This document shows, in pieces, positions 1 to 11,252 of a stretch of 64,000 bases of DNA. Made by a program: the position numbers and the translations under genes. Under the pieces are notes generated by a model that saw only the letters and a list, made by a program, of their open reading frames with translations, did not search any database and was not told where the DNA came from. The stretch is taken from contig CBFFRQ010000079.1 of NCBI GenBank assembly GCA_965644315.1, positions 186,001 through 250,000 on the forward strand. Direction: 5' to 3'. Each line of letters begins with the position of its first letter. Positions within the stretch are counted from its first letter, which is position 1. Origin of the DNA: Caecitellus pseudoparvulus. Lineage: Eukaryota > Protista > Bigyra: Bicosoecida.

Positions 1-1570
1 GGTGCAAGGGCAGCGTCACGTCACCCGGCGCCGGGGAGGGCTTCTCGTGGGAGGCAGGTGGCGAGTTGGTTGGGCAGGACCCGGTGTCTGAGGTGTGCTC
101 TGACGCAATGAACATGTCCCTATCGCCGCCCGGGGAGCGTCGGGGAAGGCTGCCCGGCACTTTCTGAGGGGGTGGGGGGGTGTGTGGCGCTGCTGCTGCT
201 GCCAAGGCTGCTGCCACCTGTGCGGCCATGGCAGCGGGGGACAGGCCACCCAGAGCAGGCGACGGCGTGTGCGGGTCCAGAGCACTGCCTGCCATGCCCG
301 CCAGACGAGTTCCAGACACCTCGATCACGACGCTTGCGTCATCTGAGACAGGCGTGCTGCAGCGGGGGGGGGTGAGGGGTCGCTCCACCTCAGCTCCACA
401 ATCTGCTTGCTGGGAAGGCTCCTGTGTCCCTTGTGATGCGCTTTCATCGTGCGTAGCAGCAGGCAGCGGCGGCGGCGGACCTGTCTGCTGCTGGGTGTCA
501 AACCCAGCGACGCCGACAGCCTCAGTCCCCGCGCTTGCTGTGGCGGGGAGGGTGCTAGGAGCAGTGGCTTGCAGACCGTCAGATGAATCAGACGCTTGGG
601 ATGTGGGGCTGGCCACGACCGACGGGACTGCTGCGCGCAAGGAGGCGGCCAGGTCCGCCCCCACACGGCTCTGCAGTGCAACGCTGGAAGCGTCCAAGGA
701 GCTGCTGTGTGACGAGTGGGGAGATGGCGGGCGGCGCTCTTCGGAGGGCAGCTGAGCATCAGCGCTAGTGGCTGAAATTTGCACAATGCGAGCTCGTGTC
801 GGCTGAGCTTGCTTGAAGTGTGTCGCCGCTAGGCGAGCGAGGAAGGCATCAGCAGCTTGGCTGACTTCTGCAGGAGACTCAGCTGCTTGAGCCGCAGAAG
901 GGGGCTGCCAGGCCTGGCTGCTGTACGAATCGTGGTGGAGATCGGGCTGGGGCGCGTTTGTCCATGCCTCTGGCGCTGGCTGTGGAGAAACAGTCGCTTG
1001 CAGCTGGCCAACCTGCTCGGCATCTCGACTGGAGGAAGCATCCACCACCGAGTAGTGGGGGCACGAAGTGGGTGAGACAGCGTAGTGCACCTTTGCTGTG
1101 GATGCTGGGACGTGGAAGGAAGCAGGGGAGTGCGGCGCAGCTACACTGCCGTCAGGGCGGGTGGGCGTGCGCCGTCCGGAAGTGGAGGGTGTGCTCGGCG
1201 CCGCTACCTTGGGCAACAGCGACTCCGGGCGGGCAGGCACCTTGAGTCGGCCGCTGGAAGCGAAAACTGGGACTTCTTGGGCCTTTTCAGCTTCAGCCTC
1301 CTCCATTCCGCTGCAATCCTCGCTGTGGCATTCTTCTGCTGGCAAGGGCGCCTCCCCTGTTTCATGCGCTGCGTGGGTCGCAGCGACGCCAGCGCCGGCA
1401 GTCTGAGGCGCATCTGGGGCTGAGGGGTGCTCGCCCGAGCCCGTAGATGGGACCTCCTTGGACACTTCGACATCATCCTTGATTGGAGATCGCCTGCTGA
1501 GCGCCTTGCCCTTCGACTGGAGGTAGGCGCGCGCACGCTGCAGCGCAGTGAGTGTCCCAGGCGACGCCAT
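1..1570 (-). CDS. Hypothetical low-complexity Ala/Pro/Ser-rich protein, 3' end truncated by the window edge
   Basis: Translated by hand: ATG at 1570 (MASPGTLTALQRARAYLQSKGKALSRRSPIKDD...) stays open to base 1 (over 520 codons). It is missing from the ORF track because no stop lies in the window. An in-frame TGA lies upstream at 1649-1651. Confidence 0.7.
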   Translation of the reverse strand, partial: MASPGTLTALQRARAYLQSKGKALSRRSPIKDDVEVSKEVPSTGSGEHPSAPDAPQTAGAGVAATHAAHETGEAPLPAEECHSEDCSGMEEAEAEKAQEVPVFASSGRLKVPARPESLLPKVAAPSTPSTSGRRTPTRPDGSVAAPHSPASFHVPASTAKVHYAVSPTSCPHYSVVDASSSRDAEQVGQLQATVSPQPAPEAWTNAPQPDLHHDSYSSQAWQPPSAAQAAESPAEVSQAADAFLARLAATHFKQAQPTRARIVQISATSADAQLPSEERRPPSPHSSHSSSLDASSVALQSRVGADLAASLRAAVPSVVASPTSQASDSSDGLQATAPSTLPATASAGTEAVGVAGFDTQQQTGPPPPLPAATHDESASQGTQEPSQQADCGAEVERPLTPPRCSTPVSDDASVVIEVSGTRLAGMAGSALDPHTPSPALGGLSPAAMAAQVAAALAAAAAPHTPPPPQKVPGSLPRRSPGGDRDMFIASEHTSDTGSCPTNSPPASHEKPSPAPGDVTLPLH

Positions 1571-1964
1571 GTCCCTGCCCACTGCCAACAAGTCCGGTCT
1601 CCAGCTCACCCCAGGCGAGGCACACCAAGCCTCACCGCAGCAGCAATGTCACAGCACTCTTTGCCAGTTGGAAACTGAGCATGCCTCAGACATGCACCAG
1701 CTTCCTCCCACGGCCTTGTCCGCGGAGTTGCACGCGCCAGCTTCCTGGGCAGGACAGTGCATCGCAATGCCCAAAACGCGTGAACAAAGAACACAAACAC
1801 GGTTGGGAGCATGTCCATCATATTCCCTGACATACATCCAAGCGCCACTTGAGAAGCTGCGCTCTGGCGTCGGATTCGGACCCTTCGCTGCTGTTGTCCT
1901 GACTTGCTTGCAACAGACGTGGCCTGCTGAACGACGAACGAGCGCTGCAACGGCAGGTGTCCGC

Positions 1965-4900
1965 ATGATGGCAACACGAATCAGCGATGAAGACATGCAG
2001 CTCCTGAGAGAAGTGTCAGCCAGGGTCAGTGCAGGCGCAGGGCCTCGCGCCTCTCGCCGCCGCCAACCCGACTGCACCACTGCCTGCTGCAGGTGAACGC
2101 AAGACGCAGAAACAAGTCCAGTGGTGGCGGCAGCGGACCGGACAGTGATGCAGATGGAAGCTCATATGTCTCGCACTACTTCATCAGTGCCTCCGCCGAG
2201 CTGCAGGCCAGGCACTTGGCAGGGCAAGCAGCAGTGGACGCTGCCGTTGCAAGCTGCCGCGCCCCGCACGCAACGGCAGCGCCTGAACAAAGCGCCTCCG
2301 TGGGCCAAGCTCAGCATCTGGAAAAGCCAACGCACTTTAGAGGTTCTGTGTTAGGTGAAAAGGGTGGTCTTTCGGCAGCGTGTGCCCAGCCTGTCGCCCC
2401 CTCGGTTCCCCCGGGCGTTCCAGGGTTGCGGAGGCTGGCTCTCCAGCCTGGTCCACAGCGACGCCTGGCGCATGAGCGGGCCATCGGGAACTTCATCAGC
2501 AGCATCGCGCAACCCATCGCGTCCTTCCACAAGGAAGCAAGCCAGTCGGCTTGCAACAGCATTCCAGCTGCCACCCCTGTGGCAGCACCCCCGCCCAGCA
2601 ACACCTCTGCTCTCCGCGCAGCAGTGCAGGCTCTGCGGGCGACACGCGGAGAAGTGCAGAGTGCAGCGGCAGGCAGTATTGGCGTCTTGCTGGATGAGCT
2701 GCAGCACTCCCAGCGCGTGAACTTCATCACAAGCCAACTCATCCCAGCCCTGGCCCACCTGCTGCGTTCCCTGCCGCCCACGCAGCGCTCGCTGCCTCTG
2801 TCCATCCTGACCAGGGGGCCCCCGCCGCCCCCTGGCCCCGCTCGCGCGCTTGACTTTGAAACTGATGCCCAATCTTCTGCGGAGCAGACCCATGCCATCC
2901 CCGTGGCTGAGGGCTGGGCTGAGGAGGAGCTGTGGCAGGCGCGCCACGACACAGCCGAGTGGGCGGGGGCAGGCACGCTGCTCCGCCTGTGCATGCCTGG
3001 AGGAGACACGTGTGTGCCTGCCGAGCATGAAGCTTGGTTGGCTCTCCTGCCCCAGCTGCGCCACGCTGCCAGCGCAGTGGCGCGGGCAGGGGGGCTCGCT
3101 GATGGGGCGCCGCCGCACAGGCACCCTTTGCACCGCGGCAGCAGCGTTGCGGTGCACGTCGTGCCCACCTCCACGGCGCAAGCTCTCGGAGAAGCTCTGA
3201 TATGGTGTGGCCGGCGGGGCGTGCGTGAACTGGCTGCCCTCTGCCCACCCAGCTGCACCTTGGCCCCGGGCGGTGAGGCCCTTGTGGCTGGTGCGGCAGT
3301 GAGTCAGGCTGCCTGGAGGGGTGTGCTGGCCACCCTTGCCACACAACAACTGAACAGTGCACATGGGTCCATCGCCTACCCTCTCGTGCGCGGTGGCGGG
3401 GGCAGGGAGCTGAGTGCGACGGAACACGCTCGCACCTCGGCAGCAGTGTTCAAGCGCAGTGCCGTTGCCGCCGCGGCAGTCATGGGGCAGATCAGCGGAG
3501 CAGCTCTTGACGACACGCTGCCACCAGATACCATGCTGCCGTTGGTGACAGCCTTGTTTGCTGAGGCGGAACAGGGGGAGGGGGGCCGTGTCCAGGCGGG
3601 CACCTCCAGCGTCTCCCGCGGCGGCTGGGGCTGCACCACCACCTGCGCTGCCCTGGCCCAGCTGGGCAGCGCCGGACTGCACCGCCTCGGCGAGGCGGCG
3701 ACATGCCACCCCAACCCGGCGTGCCGCGCCACCGCTGTGTTGGCTCTGCACAGAGCCCTGCGGCCCGTGTCAGCGAGCGGGATGCTCAGTGCGCTGCGGC
3801 TGCACGCTGTCCCCGACGAGGAAATGCGCAAGCTGGCGCGACACGCCATTGCACATAGCAGTGGCAGGAGTGTAGAGGCTGTCAGCGTGGAGACTGTGCC
3901 GCAAGTGCTCGTGTTCTCGTCTCCCCAGCTGAGCGAGCGGCGCAGGAGCCAGCGCAGTGAGCTCCAGGCACGAGACAGCCATGCCGCGACACCTTTCAGG
4001 CGCCTGGCTCAACCACAGCCCACGCCTGCTCCTCCAAAGAGGCGGCTGCTCGCAACGCCAGCACCTTTTACCTCCCCCGAAGCAGAGCCCGCGGACACGC
4101 AATCACCAGGTGCCGCACTCTCAACAGTGCTGCAGCGGAGTCATGCAACTCCTGCAGGTGGGCACAGTGGCGCTGAGGGGTGTGAAGGCGCCCCATCTGG
4201 CAGGCATGTCTACGAAGATGATGCCGCTGTAGCCTTGCAGGAGTTCCTCATCACGGGAGTCACCCAGACACCCCCGCAACTGCTGCAGCCCAAGAGGGCA
4301 CCGGCAGACACAGGCACAGTTCCGGAGGTGTTCGCTAACAGTCCCGTGCAGCAGACAAGTCGGAGGGGGGGCGATTGGGGGGGTCGCTGCATCCACGTTG
4401 TGTTCAGTTGCTCCGCCGTGGCAGGGTGCCTGCCTGATCTGCAGCCGACTGTGCCCCTGCCCCAGCCAGACAGCCGCCCGCCTGCAGCGGCAGCGGCGGT
4501 GCTGCTTGCGCCCTTGGTCGCCTGCCATGACCCAGTCGGCGACGTGCGTGCTGCTGCATTGCAGTGCCTGGCGGGACTGCGACCAGCAGGTCTGCGCCGA
4601 GCAGTCCAGGCGGCCACGTCCGCGCCAGGCAGCCAGGCATACCTCGACGGCCTCCTGCACTCCCTCGTGCACCACGAGGCATGGGGCGATCAGTGCGTGG
4701 TACAGGTGACCGAAAGAGAGGTGGCAGGGGAGCCGACACCCTCGACACTCTGGAGAGCTGCGCTCCAGGGAGGCCGCCGCACGGGCAGCGCGGCAGGGCA
4801 GGCTTGCCTGTCCAGCGACGTCGAGGCAGAGGGGGAGAGGGCAGTGGCCTCAGCCCTGCAGAAGGAGCACGGAGTGCCTTGCGATGTGTTTCAAGTGCTC

Positions 4901-6979
4901 TCCACAGCGGGCCATGCGTACCTAGGGTCGCACCTTGCCCGCAGTGTGTCTGCGCGGGCGCGATGGGCGGTCCAAGGCTCTGGGGAGCGCCCAGCTCCCT
5001 CACGGCTGTCCCAGACCACCCTCATGGGCTGGGCTCAACAAGCGTGGAGGGGGGCTGCAGCTGTGCGGCGCCAGTTGCTGCGTAGACTGCTCGCAGACGG
5101 CGCCTCCAACGCTTCCCACTCGCCGAGCTGGGCAGGAAGCGCAGCAGCGGTGGAGCAGCTCGCTGCAGCGGCTGCTGCAGCTCCTGCTCAGCTGCCGGGT
5201 ACAAGCAAAGCCATGCAAAGCGCTCTGAAACAGGTGGCATCGGCTTGCGCTCTGTTAGACCTGTGTCGTACGGCAGGGGAAGGCGCCTGTGACCCGCGGC
5301 ATTTGGCGGTTTCCTGGATCGGTGGCGTGTTGGCAGGCATGGGCGACCCCTCCCCCTCCGTGCGTCATGCAGCCCTGAGCACTGTCGCCAGCATGCCCTT
5401 GTCGTGCGCAGTGGCGCTAGGACCACGCCTTGTGCACTTGCTGGTCCCAATAGCCTGCGAGGACGCCTCGCCGTCGGTGCGAGCCGGCGCTCAGCGAGCC
5501 GCGGCGCAAGTGTCCGCCGCCTGCAGTGTGTGTGTGCCACTGCTCGCAGCACTGGTCACGGGCAGCGAACATGACGCAGGGAGCGTTGTTGACAGCGTCC
5601 GCCCACTCCTGGACACTGCCCGAGACGTTTGGCGGAGCTTGCGGCACACGGCCTTGCCATCGCTGCTGCAGTCGGTGGGAGTAACACCGCGCACCCTCCG
5701 CCTCGCAGCGGGCTGTGGCCACCGCGGAGTCGCGCTTCTCGCCCGCTGTGTGGCCTCCAGGAAGTGTTCAGCCACCCAGCGATGTGCTGCGCTGTCTAGC
5801 CTGGGCAGTGTGTCACTGTCTGGCCTGCTGCTGGATGGTCATGAGGCTGACGCACGCAAGATGGTAGCGGCCGTGACAGGCGTGGTGCGAGACGCAGAGG
5901 CATTCGCGGGGGCTGGTGTGGCGGCCGTACAGGCCCTCATGCGCCTCGTGGATGCTGCAGCAGAGGCAGCTCCCACCCCCCACGCCCCTGCTGCAGACGC
6001 GTCTCTCATAGAGTGGCTGCGGCGGCCAGTGCAAGTTGGCAGCACGTGCCTGCCCGCTCTCGCCTGCCCCGCCATGCTGCAGTGCCTGGGCAAGGCATTG
6101 GCCCACCCAAGTAAGCCACTCGCGGTGGCAGCTGCCACTGCCCTTACCCACCCCGCCGTTAACCGTGACTATGAAGGGCTGCTGCTTGCCGTGCACTCGA
6201 TGCGATCGGGAACGAGCTCGGCGGTGCGAGCCGCAGCCGCAACTGGCCTGGGGCACCTGCAGGCTCCCTGGCTTGCAAGAGTGCTGCTAGGGGGGGTATT
6301 TGATCCCCATCCACTCGTCGTGCAGGCCTGTTGCGAAGCGCTGCAGCGGCTGGACGTCCATACCTTGGGGGCATACCTGCGCCAGCAGCGCTCAGCAGCC
6401 CACCAGGCTGCCATCGCGGGCATGGTGCAAGATGCCCTTGCTGCAGCGAGGGAGGCTTCCCGTCGAGGATCCAAGGCTGAGTGCTTCATCCCAGCTGACG
6501 CATTGCCCATGCTGCAGGCCCTGCTTGTTGTGCTGCCGGCGGCCCACCCCGCTCCCGTGGCGCAAGGGGCCCCTGGGCTGGGCACGCCCCTGCCGAGCCC
6601 CGGTACGCCCCAAGCAGAGCAGGCTGCGAAGCTCAAGGCCCAAGTGGAAGCCATGCTCGCTGCACGCAGCGCCTCTGTGCCTGCCTCACCGCCTTCGGCG
6701 CCTGAGGCGCCAGGTCCCTCGACTGCGCGCGGCACGCACGAGCTCGCCGATTCCAGGGACGGTCCCGGCCTGGAAACTGCAGAGGCTTCCCCACGCGTCC
6801 AACCTGCCTTCATGTCGTCCTCAGGAGCTCTCCCTGCTGCGCACTTGCCGCGTTCCGTGCTACCGAGCGACTTTGAGCTGGCGGCCCCGCCTGCGTCCTC
6901 GCACGGTGCAGGAATGGGCGGGTTTGCAGCGTTTGCCCGGCGGGGGGGGGTGGGTGAGCCGCTGAGTCCAGGTGAATGA
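1965..6979 (+). CDS. Large Ala-rich HEAT/ARM-repeat-like protein of unknown function (about 1650 aa)
   Basis: Exon 1 1965-2024 (MMATRISDEDMQLLREVSAR), phase-0 intron GTCAGT..CTGCAG 2025-2092, then ORF 2093-6979. It has repeated HEAT-like motifs: DPVGDVRAAALQCL, DPSPSVRHAALSTV, DASPSVRAGAQRAA, DPHPLVVQACCEAL. Confidence 0.7.
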
Positions 6980-7092
6980 GGCACCTTCTCAAATCTCGCA
7001 TGTACAGCAGAGTATAATGTGTCGCCTTGCAGGCCGGGGGCTCCTCTCTCTGCATTGCTGGCCATCGAGCTCCATGCTCAAACCAAGGTAGA

Positions 7093-8731
7093 ATGCACAC
7101 GTCCACCCTTGTTGCTTTCGTGGTGCTGTTGGCTTGCAGGGCTGCTTCAGCGGCACAGGATCACTACAAAGTCCGTCTGTACCCTTGTTTCCAGAGCTGG
7201 GTGGCTCTGATACAATGCGCTGACGCCTCCGCGCAGGTGCTTGGGCTGGAGCGCAGCGCCAGTGACCGAGAGATCCGCAAAGCGTACCGGCGGCTGGCCC
7301 TTGAGCACCACCCAGACAAGCAGGGTGGCGGCGAGATGAACGATGCTTTCGTGGAGATTGCAAAAGCATACGAGGTCCTCTCCGACCCAGACGCACGAGC
7401 TGCATTCGATGCGGGCAAAGAGGTGAGCTTGGTGCGGGATTTGAGGGCAGCCGTGGTGAGCAGCACTCAACCTCGCCAAACTCTGCCCCCAGGCAATGGG
7501 GCCCAACGGGTCTGAATCGGAGGCGGCAGCATACAAGCCTCCGGTGCAGTTCGCCGCGCAGTGAGTCTCAGCATACCATGCAAAGCACCTCGGCGCCTGC
7601 ACCCCCCGGCTCCACATGCCCAGGACGTCGATGGGAAGCTTCTCATTCTCGCACACCCCACAAACAACGCCCAGAGCGCCGGATGTGCAATCGCACCTCT
7701 TGCTACCGCTTGAGAAGATCCATTCTGGAGTCAACCACACGGTCCAGCTTCAGCGTGCGACAGTTTGCCCGGTTTGCGGAGGCCTGCGGTTCAGCCGCGC
7801 CAATGCCACAAAACCCTGTCATCAGTGCGGGGGGCGGGGCACCTACGCCGTGTGCTCTGACTCTGCGGGGTCAGAAGAAGCACACCTGCGCTTCAAGCAC
7901 TTCTTGAGGCACAAGTGCGAACACTGCCGTGGCAAGGGCTACATCATCACACAGCCGTGCGCACATTGCCAAGGCTCAGGTGTCCACACCACTGTGTTCA
8001 GGCACACTGTTCACATTCCACCGGGCACGTTGAATGGTCGTGCTGTGGTTGTGAAGGGGCAAGGCCACCAAGAGCTAGGGAGCCAGCCAGGGGACCTGGT
8101 GGTCATCGTGCACCACGCGCCACACGACGTGTTCTACGTTGACCCTGAGCAAGGCTTGCTCATGATGGACATGCAGCTGACCTTCATCGAGTCTTTACTG
8201 GGGTTCACGAGGAATGTAACACTGCTGGGCGGTGGGGTGCTCGTGGTCACGCGTGGCGGGGTCACACTGTCCGGCATGCAGCAGGAGTTTCCAGGAGCTG
8301 GGCTGCCCAGCACCGCCCCAGGACAGGAGGGCACCACCGGCCCGCTCATGGTGGTCTTCCACGTCAGCCTGCCAAACCAGCTGTCCCTGGAGCAAAGGGA
8401 GGTCTTGTCGAGAGTTCTGCACCCTGGCTCCATCGGAGCGGAGGTGCTCAGTGTCGGGCAGAGCCTCGCGCGCGATCACGTCGAGGACAAGAGCAAGGTG
8501 TGGGACTCTGACGCTCACTCTGCTGAGCTGTGGGCCACATGGGATAATCTCGCGGTCGCCAGAGGACGGATTGCCGCGGTCCGGCTGTGGCTGTGGCGAC
8601 TGTGCTTCGCAGACACGCCTGGCACATCTCCCGCTCGCTCGCCAACTAGGTGGGCCACGGGAGCAGCCCAGTATGCCGCCGTGTGGACATGCACAGGCAA
8701 GACACTCCAGGCTGCTGGCCGTGCGCCTTAG
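7093..8731 (+). CDS. Type-I DnaJ/Hsp40 co-chaperone with N-terminal signal peptide (ERdj3/Scj1-like)
   Basis: Signal peptide MHTSTLVAFVVLLACRAASA; J-domain DHYK|VLGL..HHPDK; four CxxCxGxG-type zinc motifs (CPVCGGLR, CHQCGGRG, CEHCRGKG, CAHCQGSG); C-terminal domain PGDLVVIV. Frame-consistent introns at 7171-7236, 7423-7492 and 7561-7623. Confidence 0.9.
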
Positions 8732-10512
8732 GTATCCCACGCTGCGGCGCGGGGCTTGGCTTCGATTGCCACGCCCAGCTTTGCATGCCATGCGTCCAGT
8801 ACGGACTGTCCCGACAGCAGTGCGGTGCGCAGTTCGCCGTGCTTCTTTGCTTGCAGGCCTACGCTGCCTGTGACGGAGACAGTGGGGGACTTTGGACCCC
8901 CTGCAACGCCGACGATGCCAACCGCCCTCTCCCAGTCAGCGTGTTCTGACGGTCTCGCTGGGGGCGCCTTCAACTTTGCACGAAACTCCTCCTGGCTGGC
9001 GCTAAGCACCAAAGGAGTCTTCTTGTCAGAAGCCTGACCCTTTCTTCCGGCAGGGTTCGTTGGTGCTGCGGTCTTGGACTCGGGCGTTCGCAGGCTGGGC
9101 TGCACTCCCCACTTGCGGCAAACGCTCCACCCAGCCGTGCCCACACCAGCTGCTGCATCGTACCCGACACCCAGCGTTCCCCAGTTTGACGAGCTCAACG
9201 CGAGGCCAATGTGGGAGGCGTGCTTCACTCGGAAGTCTGTCGCAAGCAAGCCAGCGGCTGGGGACGAGGAGGCTTTCCACACGCCGTCGGCAGGAAAGGC
9301 CAGAGAAGAGGGCACAGCCGCCGAGGCTGTGGTCACAGTGGTGGCAACCAGTGCCAGTGGATGCAGCAGGCCAATGTAGACGGAGGATGTCAGTGTCCCC
9401 AGTGTCGCGGGCTTGTCTTTCTTTGCCTTTGGGGGTGCGGCCGCCAGGAGCGGGAGGGAAGGGCTGAGGGAAACCTGCACCACCCGAGCATCCCGGTCCA
9501 CATCGACAGCCTTGCGGGGACTCGCTGAGCTTGGACTGCTTGGAAAGGTGGGGTCCACGGTTCCTCGCTGAGGCATGAGGCCCAACGCTCGCAGCTGCCG
9601 CTGCAAGGCGCGGCGCGTGGACTGCTGTGGTGTCAGAGTGTACGTTGCAAGAGCAGACAAAGTGGCCGATGGGGTCACCTGAGGCCGCCCTGAGCTCATC
9701 AAAGCATGCCACACATTCACTTGGTCTTGCTCCTTACATCCACGCTGCTTCTTGACGCTTGCTGCGCAAGACACTTTCATGGAGGCAGACAACGCTGACC
9801 GAGCATGCTTGAACCCGGACAGATCTTCGTCCACTGCCGCATGCAAAGCTGAAACCGGACCCAAGGCAGCAGATACCGTGCCTTGGATGGACTCTCGCTG
9901 TGCTGTGACTTTGGCGCTCGCGGTGGTCTTCACAGTGCCCTTGGGGGGCGGCGGCATGCCAAGCCAAGAGGAGGATGGCACCTGCGACGCCTTGCTCGTG
10001 CGAGTGGCTGTCAGCGAGGCAGACAAGGAGGCAGCAGAGAGCAAGGACGCGTGGGCCTTGCCACGTGGGGCACTCCAGCTGCTGGCAGGCAAAGGGACCT
10101 TGGCAGCCGCGACAGCTGCCTTCACCTGCGTTTGGTTGAAGGGAAGCCACTCCTTCGGCAGGCTTGCGGTGAGTGCTGCCTTGGCCAAACCAAGGTACCC
10201 TGACCCTGCATGGCCCGGGAAATCAGACAGAAAGCTGACAGACAACAGCTTGGACTCTTGGCTCTCCGCGGTGTACGCCTGTGTCGCCTTCGCGTGCAGG
10301 TGCTGTGGTCGTGTTGGCTTGGGTGCGGTTTTTGAGCCACTGCCTTGGTCCCAAGAGCTGTCCTTCAGGCTGGACTCTGCTTTGAACCCAGCAGCAAGTT
10401 GCTGCCTGCCTGACTTGCCATTATACGTCACAATCACGGATGCGCCCTTCCCTGAGCAGGCGGAGGCGGCGCTGACCTTGCCACCCTTGCCTGGAGCTTT
10501 CTTCGGGGGCAT
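8728..10512 (-). CDS. Hypothetical basic protein, possible divergent beta-barrel (porin-like)
   Basis: 594-aa ORF from an ATG, with a possible in-frame 96-nt intron between ...SMK and VTPSAT. No clear signal peptide or TM helix. C-terminal HAKLGVAIEA resembles the VDAC/Tom40 last strand. Confidence 0.6.
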   Translation of the reverse strand: MPPKKAPGKGGKVSAASACSGKGASVIVTYNGKSGRQQLAAGFKAESSLKDSSWDQGSGSKTAPKPTRPQHLHAKATQAYTAESQESKLLSVSFLSDFPGHAGSGYLGLAKAALTASLPKEWLPFNQTQVKAAVAAAKVPLPASSWSAPRGKAHASLLSAASLSASLTATRTSKASQVPSSSWLGMPPPPKGTVKTTASAKVTAQRESIQGTVSAALGPVSALHAAVDEDLSGFKHARSALSASMKVSCAASVKKQRGCKEQDQVNVWHALMSSGRPQVTPSATLSALATYTLTPQQSTRRALQRQLRALGLMPQRGTVDPTFPSSPSSASPRKAVDVDRDARVVQVSLSPSLPLLAAAPPKAKKDKPATLGTLTSSVYIGLLHPLALVATTVTTASAAVPSSLAFPADGVWKASSSPAAGLLATDFRVKHASHIGLALSSSNWGTLGVGYDAAAGVGTAGWSVCRKWGVQPSLRTPESKTAAPTNPAGRKGQASDKKTPLVLSASQEEFRAKLKAPPARPSEHADWERAVGIVGVAGGPKSPTVSVTGSVGLQAKKHGELRTALLSGQSVLDAWHAKLGVAIEAKPRAAAWDT

Positions 10513-10709
10513 GTTGCCGTTGCTGCAGCCGAGTCAGCGGGGCCTTCGCGCCAACATTCAAGCTCTATGCAGGATTCCAGCGACTGGTAGAAGGCACTGC
10601 AGGCTTGGAAATGCCTGAAGGTCCTGCAAAGCATGAACACAAGGGCACAGCATGTGCAATCTGAACAATTTAACATGTATGCTAAATGTGACTCTTCTGA
10701 CAGTGTCTT

Positions 10710-10781
10710 GGGGTTATGGTCTAGTGGTATGATTCTCCCTTAGGGTGGGAGAGGTCCCGGGTTCAATTCCCGGTAACCCCC
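10710..10781 (+). tRNA. trnP-AGG: tRNA-Pro(AGG), copy 1
   Basis: Acceptor stem GGGGTTA/TAACCCC, D-arm TGGTCTAGTGG, anticodon arm CTCCC-TT-AGG-GT-GGGAG, T-arm CCGGG-TTCAATT-CCCGG, discriminator C73, downstream T6 Pol III terminator. Confidence 0.96.
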
Positions 10782-11180
10782 TCTTTTTTCGCCCACTCGC
10801 TCGAAGCCCTGAACATTCGACGCAAGGCACCTGCACGCAGACATCGATTAAGCTTGCATTAACGCTCCAAGTCCTGGCTCCTTCTTTTCGTCCCCAACTC
10901 TCTGCACGACGCGTTGAGGACGTCCTTCGCTTGTGTCAATGTTGATCCACCAATCCGTGTCGCATCACACTCACGCTGTGAGCGTCGCCAAGGCGCAGGG
11001 GCGCACCCCCCCCGCCTTCTGTGGGCGACGGGATGCATATCAGTGGGCCTCCCATTGTCTTGCAGCGCGAAGCACAGCAGCCCCTCCCTTCCGCACGTAC
11101 CAGATGCCTCACATAGGTGTTTAGCGCACGCAAAATATGTTGATCAGATATGCAAAACTTTGGCTTCTCATCAGTGTCTT

Positions 11181-11252
11181 GGGGTTATGGTCTAGTGGTA
11201 TGATTCTCCCTTAGGGTGGGAGAGGTCCCGGGTTCAATTCCCGGTAACCCCC
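11181..11252 (+). tRNA. trnP-AGG: tRNA-Pro(AGG), copy 2 (identical to copy 1)
   Basis: Same 72-nt sequence as 10710-10781, followed by TCTTTTTT. Confidence 0.96.

Noticed and set aside
10710-11252. Integrated element flanked by attL/attR tRNA duplication, or tRNA-derived SINEs
   Set aside because: Both copies are complete with shared 5' flanks and terminators. The 400-bp spacer has no integrase, terminal repeats or SINE body/tail.
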